A stretch of 61,806 nucleotides of DNA, counting the filler, from Choristocarpus tenellus KU-1152 (taxonomy: Eukaryota; Protista; Phaeophyceae): NCBI GenBank assembly GCA_964200185.2. It is 12 parts of 12 records of this genome, joined end to end, with 100 filler letters (N's around TTAATTAATTAA, not from the genome) between each part and the next. Parts side by side here need not be neighbours in the genome. Positions count along the whole stretch, not along the records: positions 1 to 2,632 come from CAXNAD020026115.1; positions 2,733 to 6,943 come from CAXNAD020015673.1; positions 7,044 to 10,751 come from CAXNAD020018391.1; positions 10,852 to 17,272 come from CAXNAD020008176.1; 8 more parts are not named here. The stretch is one strand, 5' to 3'. The notes below the pieces were generated by a model that was not told where the DNA came from, did not search any database, and worked only from the letters and a program-made list of their open reading frames with translations. The position numbers and the translations under genes are program-made. This document shows, piece by piece, positions 1 to 13,313 of the stretch; position 1 is the first letter of the stretch; each line of letters begins with the position of its first letter.

Positions 1-1
1 T

Positions 2-2345
2 CTTGGTGCCCCCTCCACTGAGGGAGGACAATCCTGCACTGGAAACTCTCCAGTCTCACCTGTAAAGCCTTCTTCGTTGGTAAGGAATAACAATACTTCA
101 GGAGTTGTTGGAGGAATGGGTGGGCGTAAGGTACTCGGAGACAGGAAGGCGTTGATGGCGAGGGTGGCAGGGACAGGGGTAGAAGGTGGTGGGTCTGGGG
201 GGTGGAATTCGCATGAGGGTACAGGGAGGAGTGGGGTTGCAGGAAATGTTGGGGATGAGAGAGTGGAAGGAGGAGAGGCAGGGGATGATGGTTCTATGCA
301 GCTGGATGAGGTGAGGAGAAGAGAGTAAAGTGTTTTATTGTTTTTTTCTGTTTGTAATTGGGTAGGGGGGTGTTGTACACGCACGCCATGCAAGGTGTGT
401 TGAGAGAAATAATTTTGTATTGTGGAAATTTGTTTAAGGTTTTCTTGGATTGGGGTGAAATTTTGAACCTTTCTCATTTTCTTCTTTTGTCTTGTGTAAT
501 GGTGTTAGTTTTCAGGAGAGATGCAGGCGTACACATAAACAGACAAATGCAGGCACTCTCTCTCTCTCTCTCTCTCTCTTTTGGTTTGGTTTGTCAACTC
601 CCTCGATATGATTTTTTTTCAAGATTTTTTTCTTTGGTTGTCTCTTTTTCTGTTACAGGCTCTGGAAAATGATCCCGAGAAAGAGCTGGAAGTATTGGAT
701 CAACTCATAGAGTGGCAACGTCAAAGGGGAGAGTACGGGGATGCCGCCAGGTGCATCCTGAAACTATTAATGACCATTAATGACTATTTTTGACCACTAA
801 TTACTATTAGTGACCATTAATGACTATTAGTTACAATTAGTTACTGTTAATCACCTGGCCCCCCTCCCTCTCCCGTCAGGCTCTGCATTCATGTTCACGT
901 TCTTGTTCATGTTCATGTTCATATACCATCATGTTCATATTGATATTGATGTTGATGTTGATGTTGATGTTTCCATTGAGTTATTTCGTTATCTATGTAT
1001 ATCAGTGTTGTTGCAATGTTGATGAGAAGACTGATCTTGTTGGATGGTAGGACTTTGAACAGAACTGCTGGGGGTATGGGGTATGGTACCTTGTACTGCC
1101 AATGGTATACCTTATTTTGTCAGAACGCTCTGCCCACCAGGATTGATGTATTGAAATGGGGCAATTACCACCTTTACCTGATTTTCTGATAGCTGAAATC
1201 CTAACCCTATCGCTGTGCTTTCATCAGTGTACTGATAAAATACTCAGAAGTTTTGATGCTCTCATATATCGTATCAATCTCTCTATGGGGGGTGTTAAGA
1301 GGAAGTGTCTGAGATTATTCTGAGAAATGTAGTGGGCAACTGAGGTGAGGTACTGGGTGAAAGGAGATGGAAGCAAACCCTAGACTCAGTAGGATCATGC
1401 CTACCTCTGATTGTGATGGGTGTGATGAGAGTCAATCAGAACAGGAAAGATCCTCTCTTAGCCTCTGAGGTTTTTGTTAAGAGATGGATGCTTTTGAGTA
1501 GCAAAGAGTCTGGTCTTGTGTCTGACCTGTACCCACCTCCTTGAATGGCTACAACAGGCAAGCGGCAGCTTATAAATGGTCTTGGGAATACTATACATAG
1601 AGAGATCTTGAGTGCAACCTGACCCTAACCCTAACCCTAACAGTTTTGTGTACCTCAGAGTGGTTTTATTTGACTCAGACAATTTAGTGTGGGACAGATC
1701 ATTTGGAGAAGGAAGTTTGTCAGTAGCAGTAAGTTGCTCAATCCCATTGAATGAATGTTCTTTTTGTTATAGTGTCCAAGTAAACCAAGGTAGTGGAAAT
1801 AGACAGGGAGTCATAGGTGTGAGAGGTGCGAGATCATGATAACCTTGTCAGTCCTTGGGTATAGATGTGATCTGATTAATTGAAAAAGATTGTATAAAAG
1901 TTTTGTTGTGGTCCACTATTTTGGTCATGCGTACTCCTTTATTAAGATTGGACAAGTAACTTTTTTTTTGTATGGAATTGGTTTGATTAAGGTCAACCTC
2001 TGTCTGGATGCTGTAATGAGGTGTAGTAGATGGATATTAATTTCATTTGTTTGTCAGCCTCGAGTATTTTGTTTCATATTTGAAGATAAGTACATACGTA
2101 CATAAGTACATAAGTACATAAGTAGATAAGTAGATACACACATCTGGGTGCCTTCTGGTTGATTCAAGCCACTGGGAGCACTACCTGATATTAGTGTAAC
2201 CCTAACCCTATTGTGGTATACTATTGTACTATGCTATTGTCAGGGAGGATGAGCGTCAGCTGGTAGAGACAGATGAGAAGATCAGAGAGAAAGAGGAGAT
2301 GCTTGTTAAAGTCAGGGACACCATCACTGGGTACCACCATATGAG
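2..2345 (+). CDS. Partial spliced gene for a coiled-coil protein (weakly resembles a kinesin-4/KIF21-type stalk); exons <2-79, 659-750, 2244-2345
   Basis: Three exons with GT/AG sites and matching phases give LGAPSTEGG...PSSL|ALENDPEKELEVLDQLIEWQRQRGEYGDAA(R)|EDERQLVETDEKIREKEEMLVKVRDTITGYHHM(R). The E/K-rich heptad character is visible; the family assignment is a guess. Confidence 0.5.
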
Positions 2346-2476
2346 GTGAGTTTTTGCTGGTGGGCTTTGAAGGTGATGGTGATCTTTCCAGGATGTGTCT
2401 CTGGGAGACATGACCTGACCCGCCCTTGGTCTTTTGAATGTTTTAAATGTTTTGAATGTTTCTTATATATGTCCAA

Positions 2477-2632
2477 GGCTCAAAGTATCTGGGGGAGAGT
2501 GGGGACTGTCCATTCAGGGCTCATTTTTTCATGTCACGATTTTTGGGTGATTCGATTGCACTTGCTAGATGGATAATGTAATTGCACTTGTCCTAGTCAG
2601 GGCCTGAATGGGCACCCTGGTGTAGACCCCCC
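2477..2632 (-). mobile_element. MITE family 1 copy (~170-180 bp, TIR GGCTCAAAGTATC), truncated by contig end
   Basis: Starts GGCTCAAAGTATCTGGGGG. Reverse-complement homologue of 6756-6927, 17042-17213 and 50993-51165. Confidence 0.8.
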
Positions 2633-2732
2633 NNNNNNNNNNNNNNNNNNNNNNNNNNNNNNNNNNNNNNNNNNNNTTAATTAATTAANNNNNNNNNNNN
2701 NNNNNNNNNNNNNNNNNNNNNNNNNNNNNNNN
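2633..2732. other. Artificial contig spacer (N run with TTAATTAATTAA); also at 6944-7043, 10752-10851, 17273-17372, 20723-20822, 27738-27837, 35241-35340, 38969-39068, 43373-43472, 48158-48257, 50872-50971
   Basis: The same 100-nt N-flanked six-frame-stop linker occurs 11 times. Confidence 0.98.
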
Positions 2733-2848
2733 TATGTACATCATCCACTAGTCGACAAGATCGGTAGAATTCGACTCAAGATTTTTAAACATACAAAAAA
2801 AATACATGGGAGTGAAGAAAAACAATTAGCCTAGGGCATGTGCAAACT

Positions 2849-5089
2849 CTACCCCTCTGTTGAGAGAGATGCCATGGAGGTCATTGCAAGAATCAGTCTC
2901 TCATATACTTGAATTCCATCATTGAAAACTGTCTTCTCTATGTACTCGTTGTGGTCGTGGAGGAGGATGGGTGTGTTACGGATTGGTGAGAATCCAACAG
3001 CAGGGACACCTAGCTCTCGCAGGAAACGACTGTCAGTTGCTGCTGGGAAAATCTCTGGCTCCACCTCCACGCCAACATCCTTCATGACATCCTGTGGAGG
3101 GCAAATGAAGCACAACCATGTCCCACTTTAGGTCTTGGCACAGTCCAAGGTTAAGAGAGGGTCAGTCTACACTCCCTAATCAGGGTACTGGAGCCCCCAG
3201 TGTCTCAAAAGGTATCTTATTTGTTCATCCAAAATGGATACCAGAAATCTCAATGAAAACGTTGATTTGTAGTGATTTACCTAGATACTTGCCATCCTAA
3301 TGCACATCCCACAATAGCAGCACTTATACTGCCAACACAAAACTCACCAAAAACACCCCCCACCAGTGATTCTTCTCCCTGTCAGTGGAGGTGATGAAAT
3401 GCTCCTTGATGGGTCTTGTTGACGGGGCTGTCTCCCAAGATAAACCCTCCTCACTGCACCACTCATCTAGCAATGCACAGAATTCTTCAGTGGGCATGTT
3501 CGGAGTGATGCGCACATCAAAACCAGCCTGAGCCTCTGTTGGAATCACATTAACCCCATAGGTCTTACCCCCATCCACACTTACACCAGCCTTGAGCACA
3601 GTCAGGTTCAATGTGGTGACGTCACCAAGAAGCTTGGCACTGGCATGATTACACCCACCAGTGTGTCCCAAGGCATCCTCTTGTTGCTGTCGGAATTCCA
3701 GAGCCTTGTTGCAGAGTCTAATTAACTTCTCCACAGCAGTTCCCTGTATGAAGCGACTCCCATGACCTGTTGGTCCCGTTGCCTTGACCATGATCCACAT
3801 TGGGTTCCGCTCACCATAAAATGCAGTGTAGGTATCACGAGGGTTGGCCAGTCCCTCATCCAAGGCGAATGCAATGGGTAGCATTGTCTGCCACGAGTCA
3901 GAATTCAGGAACCTGTACATTCCATCTACACCACCAATCTCCTCATCCGGAACAAAGGTCAGGTGTAGTGTGCGGCGGGGGCAGAAGCCTGTACGCTGTA
4001 GTTGCCGAACTGCCAAGAGATACTGCACACAAACACACTAACGAGAACAATCATAATTGAGTAGCAACGTTGGGTCATCGAGTGGGTGGAGAAGAATGAC
4101 AATTAGACATTGGGAGGTTTAGCAAGTTTCAATCTTCCAACTACAGAAAAGTGAATATTCAGACTATATTCAGCACGAAGATTGGAAAATGATTTTGGTT
4201 TGGCACAGATGCTGTGATGAAAAAACTCAAGATACACCATATATTGCGTTTCCCGTCTGTCGTTAGTTCGTAGCATATTAAGGAGCCTCGAAATGAGTCC
4301 CTACTCAACTAAACTTGACAGGAACACCAGAGCATTTCTGAGGTATGCAGCAGCAAACAGGGAAGGGTTTGACTTCTCTGATGGAAGGATCAGCTTGTTT
4401 CCAGAAGTGATCAGTCATGCACTACATGCTGGGCAATTGTTGGGTTTCACTACAAGAACCAGGACCGTTGAGGAAAGAAGACCAAGGTCTTGAAGGATGC
4501 GAGTTGGAAATACTACAATGATTCGACCGCATGTCTCTAAGGCTTGTAAGACGATCAATAAACCACAGGAAACGATTGGGATTGGACCTCGTTTGGGATA
4601 CCTGGGTGAGAGAGAAAGCGCATAATTAAAATATCACCTTCATATCCTGTGTGCCGCGACCGTAGATCCTTCCCGAATCAACGTCATACTCCGCGGCAAA
4701 TGGATCCGTGTCCCATTGTTCATTTACAGCTGGAACCACATCGTAGTGTCCATTCAAGAGAATACAAGGCAACTCCGGTTCTGACCCTGTCCAAGACATG
4801 ATCACAATTGGCTTTCCCTCCACCAGATTTATAGTCTTACATTCCAATGATAAGTGACTGGAGGCGAAATTTGTAAGCCATGCGGCGGCCTCAGCGTAGG
4901 ATCCATTGGGTCCCTCAGCGCTGACTGTACGGATCCTCAAAAACTCCCTGAAAGTTTCCTTTAGAATGTCATCAAAAGGAATACATTGATGAGGATGTGT
5001 GAAATGAGAGCAGAGACCGCCACGCTTATGCAAGACAATAAACCCATAGGTCTTACCACGGCGAAGGTTTCTTCATCTATACCACTCAT
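2849..5089 (-). CDS. ACY1: Aminoacylase-1 (peptidase M20A), ~428 aa; exons 5089-5057, 4958-4638, 4037-3348, 3091-2849
   Basis: Spliced in phase 0: [11 protein letters not shown]|[12 protein letters not shown]...[11 protein letters not shown]...GRGTQDMK|CVCVQYL...FVPDEEIGG...LDEG...GHGS...NVIP|...[12 protein letters not shown]...GFSP...LLHDHNE. The Zn-ligand motifs of ACY1 are present and splice sites are canonical. Confidence 0.95.
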
Positions 5090-6755
5090 TGCAGCAATTT
5101 TAACTCCTGCCACGGCTGGGATCCAGAACCTCACGAGGAAAGGCTGCTGGTAATATCACAGTATACAATATAGTTTGATGATATCTGTGCTGATTGTTGG
5201 GAGGTCATAACAATACACAAAAACGAGCTTAGTAGTGAAGTCCATATTTTTTTAGGGGAAATTGGACAAAATATTTTACAATTTGAGCCCAAATAAACTA
5301 GTGATTTTCGATTGGATTGTTGGTGTCGTGAAACGTGTCCATGTAACTGACAGACATGTTTCAGGATGAAGAAAAGAAACTCCCTTGTATGAATGGACTA
5401 TGCAGATATGAGGCCACGAATATATAGCGAGTTGTGTGAAGTGACACCTTTTTTTGACCAACACACTACTACTACTATTAGAATAATAGAGTGTGATGTT
5501 GTGTGACCTCTGAAATGTTCAAGTCATAGTGTTGCTTCGTTGTGATTTTAAAAAATGCAAAATCCACACGTGATTCCTGCCCTTCAAAGAACTGGCCCTC
5601 CTCCTACATCCCAGAATGCGTCATCATGCTCTTGCTCCCTTCTGTGCATATCCCTACCATCTTATTTGCTATGACTGGAGTGGAATTGTTCCCATGGTCG
5701 ATCTAACCCTTGCTGATCGACCAACAGACCCCAGACACACAGTTAGTGATTGTCTAGCTCTCTCAGCTCTTGTTCAGTTCTCCCAACTCAAGAATCACCC
5801 TTGAGCTGAATTTGAAATCTTCTTGAGTGACGAGTACCCTGTCTGGGACCCTCTCGACTAACTCTTGTTTGTCTGAGGTCACCTCATGCGATCCTGATTG
5901 TTTGGTCGTGTTGTCATTGCTACGAGCTCAACTGTCACGCTTGATCCGGTTCTATTCATTGTTTATTTTTTGTACATATTTCTTTGCGCACACCTCGCTC
6001 ATGCAGCTGTGTGCCCTGCCTTGAGGATGGTGTAGACCTTTGGTGTGGGCTGATCTTCACTTCTTCTCCTGATCTTACCTCCTCACTGTTGACCTCGTCA
6101 ACACAACCCATTGACTCTCATTGCAACCCACATTTGTATATCCGAGCCATTCATTCAGAGAAATTGTCTATAAAAATCACAATGAATCCATCTCCTTTGC
6201 TTTTCACAATCAACCCTCAGTTTAGCCTTCCTTTTTCAACCAAGACACTGATGATGATGAGTAATACTCTATCTCAGATGCTACAGGAGACATACCTCTG
6301 GTAAATATGAGGGAGATGGAGTGGAGAAAAAAGTGTGGATCCAAATTTCGTGCCTTCAGAGGAACCCACTTCCAGCTGATGTAATAACAGAAAATCCTTC
6401 CGGTTGACAATATCATAATCATCGTAACCGTTAGAACATAATAGTGTTCTCAAACGTATTTTTACTAGTTAGGTACATATTATATCTAGGCGCGAGATAG
6501 TGGACACCTGAAACTCGTCCCAAATACGTGTGGAACCTTTTCACTTCACTGCAAAAAAGAATGCATTGACAAGGAGGGTGATTCTGCTCAGCTCTGCAAA
6601 CAAACATCAACGGGTGTTCAGTATCCTTATATATTTATCGTAGTTCAAGATACAGCTACTACATACATGCAATGAGCACCCTGCTGTCACGATCCCGCCA
6701 TCCCTCCTCACCCCTCGTTCCAGAGCAAGTGTTCTAGTGCATCAAAAGTATTTTA

Positions 6756-6927
6756 GACCCAAGTATCTGGGGGGGGGGGGGTCTACACCAGGGTGTCCAT
6801 TTGGGTTATAACCAGGAAAAGTACACTTATATCCATCCGACGTATGCAACCAAATCACCCGAAAATTGCGACACGGAATAATTGGCCCCAAATGGACAGC
6901 CACCCCCCCCCCCCGATACTTTGAGCC
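6756..6927 (+). mobile_element. MITE family 1 copy
   Basis: Runs GACCCAAGTATCTGGGG ... CCCCGATACTTTGAGCC, with an internal inverted TGTCCATTTGGG / CCCAAATGGACA pair. Confidence 0.8.
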
Positions 6928-9879
6928 TGACCTTGGATGGAATNNNNNNNNNNNNNNNNNNNNNNNNNNNNNNNNNNNNNNNNNNNNTTAATTAATTAAN
7001 NNNNNNNNNNNNNNNNNNNNNNNNNNNNNNNNNNNNNNNNNNNAGTTCACAAGTAACGGGTGTAACTGTAGAAGGTGCAAAAGGATAGATTACAAGGTAG
7101 ACCATTGTCTCCTCCAACAGTATGGTAGTCAAGATATCAGAACGAACGTGGTCACAAGTAGACCTCCAAGCTAAGATTAAATTATGTATGACCTAACTGA
7201 GGAAATGGGGAGGATCATGTTCATGGATAGTGCTGCCGATACAATATGTAGACAGCACCGGTGGAGTAGATAATAGGATGGAGAGTCAGTGATAGGTATA
7301 CCGTATGTATTGAGTCATTAGTGCCATTGATTTGTGTCATGTTCTAGATACGCTTGCTATATATATGTTACAGCGTGCCCCTCAGAACTCACCTCCACAG
7401 AATATGCAACTCAAATCCAACAACCTTAAAAGGACGCTACGCCCGGGGTCCACAGATGATAACCACGTACGGTGTCAGCTTGATGCTTAGCTCAGTCAAT
7501 GTCTCGCTTTTCGCTTTATCAAAAGAGGTATATATCAAAAGAACTGAGGGTGTGGTGATCCGCATCAGCCTTTTATTAACGTCATTCACCATTTTCTACG
7601 ACCAAAGAGTTAAATGAAGTCTGCAAACTACTAAGTAGATACTTCAATCATAAATCTTTATTTTGCAAATTTCAGGAATTGACGTCTATTCTGTAAGATT
7701 ATGTTTGCATTTCAAATCTTACTCTGCATCTTCTATCAATTCAAAGTTCCTCCTTCATGAATTCTTACGTATGTATACTGTTCGCACATTTTGGCACGCA
7801 GAAAGAAATGCTCCCGCTATTCGTCTGCAATATGCCCCCCAGCGTGAACTAGTGATACATGTTTCACGCTTACCACAGGCGATTTTCACCGGTGAAGGTA
7901 ATAGATATCTTCAACCACCTCAGATCATCCGGTGGCAAGGAGAAAGAAAGAAGAAAAAATACACCTGACTCTGACTAGGCCCAAAACATATATCCTTATC
8001 ATCTTGGAAAAATCTGTCTGCATCTAGCCTAATCGGAGTATACAATTGCTCTTCCTAAAGTACAGCTACCCTAAGGTGCCAAGTATCATTTGATTATTGC
8101 CTGTCTCATACCCCCCAAGCAGAAAGCATACTGACAGCTGCTAGTAGTGCGTAAGACAGGAAATAACATCAACAGCACTAAAAAAAAATGAGACAAGGGA
8201 CAGAAAAGAGAGGACTGAAGAAAGAGCAGAATAAGAAATTAAGGGGATCTCCAACCAGTGCAACCTCTTCGCCACTGATTTTCAGTCACCCCCCACATCT
8301 AATGACCAACCAGTGCGAACCCCCTCTGCCACTGATTTCCGGTCTCTACCACCCCTTTCAACCCTATTCAACCCCACTCAACCCCACGCCAGTTACCACT
8401 CCACTCAACCACCCCACTTACCACTCCACCACACCATTGAACACCACTCAACCACACACCACTCAACAACACCACTCCACAATCATCCAAGAACTCCCTA
8501 TCATCGTCCCCTTCATACCGTGCCTTTGAGCTAGAAGACATCTACCCCGCCCGAACTTGACCTCCCCTCCCACCCTTAGATATCCAAGTTGGTCGCGAGC
8601 AAGTGACAGGGCGGGTGGGCGGGAAAGCTTGCTTGGGGGTCCTCTTGATCTAGCCCTCCTCGTCCTGCTACCCCAGCCTCAGGTTTCCTCTTTGATTCAA
8701 CACTGTCCATTCCTTCTCCACTCGTGCCTCCGCCTGCCACCTATTTTCTTAACCACTCTCCTCCCTCTCTCACCACTCATTATTTAACTATTTGTTCCCT
8801 CCTTGATATTTTTTATTTCTTTCCTATCCCCTTCCTCTGTGCCCCCAAAAAACCAGAATTCTTCCGCCCACAAAACTCACATTACTTCATAAACTTTCAC
8901 TTTGTCTAACAGCAATAAGAAAATCCACTACGAAAATCAGATTGCGCAAAATAAAATTCACTATCAAAGAGAAAAAATGCAAAAAACAAGAAACGCCAAC
9001 CGAAGGTGACGGGCAAATTCAAACCATCTTCAGCGCAGCTAGTGGGCGCCCTGTGACGAAAGACCAGTCTGCCGTTGCCCATGTTAACTTCCGTCTATTT
9101 CGACCCTTCCCTGGACATTCCTCAGTGGATTGAGCGATGCAGGTAGGTCTTTGTCCGAATGGTACCGACTTCTATCGCTCACCCTGTCTGTGGCTGAAGT
9201 AAGTGGGGATCGAAGCACGGGTCGGGGAACGGATGTGACTGGTCCAACGGGTTTTGATGCATTGCTTTATGGAACGAACGAGGTTCATATTTCGCAGGAG
9301 CCGAAGCAGGTTGTTTGTTTACGGCAGCATAGACAGCGGGCTAGGAGTTCTGGGTTAAAGCAAGTTGAAGCATCGGTGCGACACTGTTGACAACCTCTTG
9401 GTGTGGCAGCGAAGTTTGGCTTGATACCTCATCGTGCATGGACGTCCTGTTCTGGCGAGGTAGTCCTAGTTCCTGCCTAACGATGAGGGTTTCAGGTGAA
9501 CCAGCGAAAGGGTGTGATATGCTAGCAAACGTGACACGCGCATGTGTCATGGTACCCAAACCATTGTGACCATTGTGAGTCTTGTCCTTGTACAATGCAG
9601 CTTTTGTAGCATTTTAGTTGGTTAAAATAAATGTGAATTGGTCACTTCGATTGGATAATTCCTCCATGAAATCATCAAACCTTTGAGAGTTGCCCCGGGG
9701 GTCTTACTGAGGCCATAATGCTTTTCACTATTGTTTCGAACTAGAAATGAGAAATATCATCACATTTGTTAATGAAAAACACTACCAGCAGAACATGGGG
9801 CGATAGATAAAACCTTCCGATAGTGAATTTCTTTTTGCACACTCTATTTACTATTTTACAACAATCTATGTTACACCAC

Positions 9880-10682
9880 TGCCTTCCTGCGCCTCCAATC
9901 TACCTTTATTCTCGTGCCTCAGCGTGAGGAGTTAGGGAGGCATCCCAAGAATCCAACAAACCCCTCCATGCCCATCTCCCTGGTGACTCCAGCTTTAAAA
10001 GCATGACACATCTAGACAATGCCACTTGCGTAGTTACTGAGACAATTTGGCTTAGCCGGGATTTAACTGCTCCTTTCCTGCCATATCCTCCAGTTCCTCT
10101 CCCCCCCACCATGTGTGTAGCCAGCTAATACAGAATGCATTCCGCTTGCTTGCACAGGCATCCAAAACTTTCCACCGCGAAGATGTTGAGGTTAAACTAT
10201 GAGTATCAAAAGAGCCCTCATAGTGGGTACGCTTTCACGCCTCAGCTGCAGCAGCAGCTACACCAATAATGCTGGTGAATGAGTGTGCAAGATGGGAGGT
10301 GGCCTGCACTTCGGCAAATGTAACATCAAGCAGAAGGCCTTTGTCCTGGTAGGGAGCTGTTCCAGCGTCTGCCAGTGGCACTGCATGGAAAACTAGATGC
10401 GTCAAAGTATCTTAGAGGGTAGAGCCGTGTCCATTTGGAGGTCAAAATCTAATGTTGAAATTTTGATGTGATTTTGGGTATCGTATTTGTTAGGAGATAT
10501 TAATATCCATGTTCCGGACACACCTTTTCATAACTTACACATTTTACATACTCCGAAACATTTTGGAGAAGGTAAAATGTCATTAAAATCCAATGGGAAG
10601 CCAAGCCCCAAATGGACAAACAGGGAAAAACTCGTACCCTCTAAGATACTTTCACTCAGATCCATGCGCAACATCATTCACA
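9880..10682 (-). mobile_element. Degenerate 3' fragment of a CRE-type non-LTR retrotransposon (restriction-like endonuclease domain), interrupted by a MITE
   Basis: With the MITE removed it reads MLRMDLVF...GLLLDVTFAEVQ...AAAAAEA*KRTHYEGSFD / FAVESFG.L.KQAE..LATHMVGGRGTGGYGRKGAVKSRLSQIVSVTTQVALSR. This fits the R-x-D...DVT...E-x-x-K...Y...ESFG pattern of REL endonucleases. A second copy lies at 27543-27737. Confidence 0.7.
10399..10657 (+). mobile_element. MITE family 2 copy (259 bp), TSD AGAT
   Basis: TIR GCGTCAAAGTATCTTAGAGGGTA ... TACCCTCTAAGATACTTTCACTC, flanked by AGAT at 10395-10398 and 10658-10661. Confidence 0.9.
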
Positions 10683-10687
10683 ACCTA

Positions 10688-10751
10688 TAGTAGTGGTACC
10701 AGTAGGTTTGCCCTTTGGGGTTGTCCCGTCATAACTTTTGATATAGACATG
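10688..10751 (-). repeat. Interspersed repeat, homologous to 54083-54145
   Basis: Reverse complement ATGTCTATATCAAAAGTTATGACGGGACAACCCCAAAGGG matches ATGTCTATATCAAAGGTTATGACGAGACAACCCCAGAGAG. Confidence 0.7.
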
Positions 10752-10910
10752 NNNNNNNNNNNNNNNNNNNNNNNNNNNNNNNNNNNNNNNNNNNNTTAAT
10801 TAATTAANNNNNNNNNNNNNNNNNNNNNNNNNNNNNNNNNNNNNNNNNNNNCCCCATACATCCATAACAACTGGGCATCAGAATCCCACTCCTCCCACCC
10901 TTAACCCCAC

Positions 10911-13313
10911 CTCACGCCCTCTGAAGTTGAACACGAGAGGCCTCATTAGGTCCACCCAGCTTCCCAAGTCTCCCTGAATTCCATCAAGAATTGGAGGGGG
11001 GGTTGACCACTCCTGGAGCTCATACGCAAAAATAATGTCATCAGTTTTCATGATAGGCACATCATCCTTATCCTGGTTTGGTTGGAAGGGAGGAGATAGG
11101 AAGGAGAGAGCGGTGTTCAATGTAAAGAATAGAATGTGAGATGAGAAATTTGTGTTAGCCTACAGCAGTCAAGGCCTGCAACCAAAATGGAGACTCATGG
11201 TAAGGGTACAATCCGCAACAATAAGTTGGATCAACATGGATTAGGTCCGCTTAGGTGTTTTGTACCACTACGAGGACGGATGAGACAGCAAGGTATTGCG
11301 ATGGGAAGGTTGAGGGTGGTCAAGGGGAGAAGGACAATCTTGTTTGGGAATGGTACAGGAAGATGGTGGGAAAGGAGGAAAGGAGTGTGAGACTGACACT
11401 GAGGACATAACTCTTGGGGGTAAATGTGGGACAGGGAAGAGCACCGGTAAGGAAAGGGTCCACCTGGAATGTTGTTGATTAGAATTCATTCTGCTGACCT
11501 GTAGTCACTGGGAAAGAAATTAACTAGGACAAAAACCGACTTATGAAACCACGGAAAAAACTTGAGCCACTCAACGGATCACCATTTGACACAATCGTAC
11601 AGATCGGGTATGACTCGGTTGACCATATTTCTATTTTTTGTGACCATAAACGTTTGACTCTAACCACTTGAGATAAAACTTAACACTTTTGGGGATGTAT
11701 CTCGGTTGCTGGATGTTTGCATGCTTTTGGAAAATTGTTTTGGAGACAAGTCTCCAGTTATACATTTGTAGAGCCAGAGTACCATAGTGACCGGTTGGCA
11801 AGCGCAGAACTGTTCTAGTATGAGGGCAACATTGGAAAGAAATATTTATGACTCGACAAGGTGTTGACACATCCCACCTTGTACAAATAAATAACTCCAC
11901 AGACTAAATCACTTTCGAATGTGTGTCTCTCCTACTCCTCTATGACATAGGTGATGCTCCAAAAAAATATGTGTACCACTGGTTTCCAACCCATGGTTGA
12001 ACATGTCTAGATATAGGAAAGGGGTTCAAGCCATTTTTTCTGAGGAGCAAGATGAGACCAGCCCAGCTTAGTCACATTGACAATCTCACGCCCAATCAAA
12101 GCCAATTGACGGAGGATGGGTCCTTCAAATATACCGTTGCTGTGTGTCATCAGCTGTGATGATTAGGTGAGTTGTGTTTACGATCACCAGAAAGACTAAC
12201 ATTGAGTATTCCTCAAGGAAATTGTGGACTTTAAAGGTTCTGTTGTTGAGCTTTGATTTGTGACTGCAGCTTTATGCCACAGTACACTTTCTAGGAGATT
12301 CATGTTCGGTGAGAAGACATACAGTGCTGGTCAAAGTACTATTACTGCCAGCCAAAACACTTTTCCCTATTATTGGTCATGGTGTGTTACTGTCCTGATG
12401 AAATACGCCCCAGTCAAGGTTACATCGCAAAACAAAGCTCACATATCGAGTCTCAGCTTTAACCCTTTTCAAGTCAAAGTTGACATGTGTGAAGAATGCA
12501 TTTCACAATCAGTATTTTTTCACTTTGGATGGCAAGCTAGTGTTTAGACAAGTTAATGGTACCCATTACAAACTCATGGGTCAAAACACTTTGCCACAAC
12601 CCCCAAAAATTGCTGTCACAGCTTTAAAGGCCACTATATAGCCTCCATGCCTACACAATTCGAACATCACAAGGTTGATATATTTTAACCTCGTCTATCG
12701 TTCCTACGGCCAAGCTCAGAAGACGTGACTGCAGTCAATTCTGCAATGGGCACTGCTTTAGTGGAAGACTGAGAGCAGACAGCTATACAACACTACTACC
12801 CTTAGTGCAGGGTTACCCCATTCATTCCACATTGTGAAGTAATAGTCCATGTTAGTTCAACCTGGTTGCCATTCTTCGTTATCCCTCCACCTAAAGTACA
12901 GCAAAATCTTACCAGGAAGACCTTTGGGGAATAAGTTACGAAGGACATGGCGAGCATATCTCACTCTTGATTTGCGAACAAAATATTTCTAGTTTGGGGT
13001 AGGGTTAGGGACAACCACCTCTTTCACGCAAAATGGAGATATTGTGTCATGGAAACAAGTGTATGATCTGAGAATTCACTGAAAGAAATTTAAAAAAGAG
13101 TCAAGTCTCCATTACACTCAACCCCTTCTTTCTTTATCTCACCTCAAAAAAACGTTGGATTTTGTGTTCCCAGATTTCAGCCAGCACCAGCCTCTCGATT
13201 CTTACATGGCACATGCTGGATAACTTGCTGCGAACAACTGACATTGTGGCAGTTTTGGAAACGGAAATATAATGGCGTCTTGGTCGAGATCCATCAGCAA
13301 GGTAAAAGATTAC
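10911..13313 (-). CDS. Internal exons (13313-13143, 11072-10911) of a USP4/USP11/USP15-like ubiquitin-specific protease
   Basis: VIFYLADGSRPRRHYISVSKTATMSVVRSKLSSMCHVRIERLVLAEIWEHKIQRFFE|DKDDVPIMKTDDIIFAYEL matches the Ubl insert within the USP4/15 catalytic domain. Junctions are phase-0 GT/AG. Confidence 0.7.

Noticed and set aside
2633-2732. Recurrent TTAATTAATTAA palindrome
   Set aside because: It is an artificial linker inside N runs. Adjacency of genes across spacers is therefore meaningless and no gene cluster can be inferred.
10487-10799. Short ORFs such as PKWTNREKLVP and YPLRYF, recurring at several loci
   Set aside because: They are chance translations of the MITE family 2 sequence.
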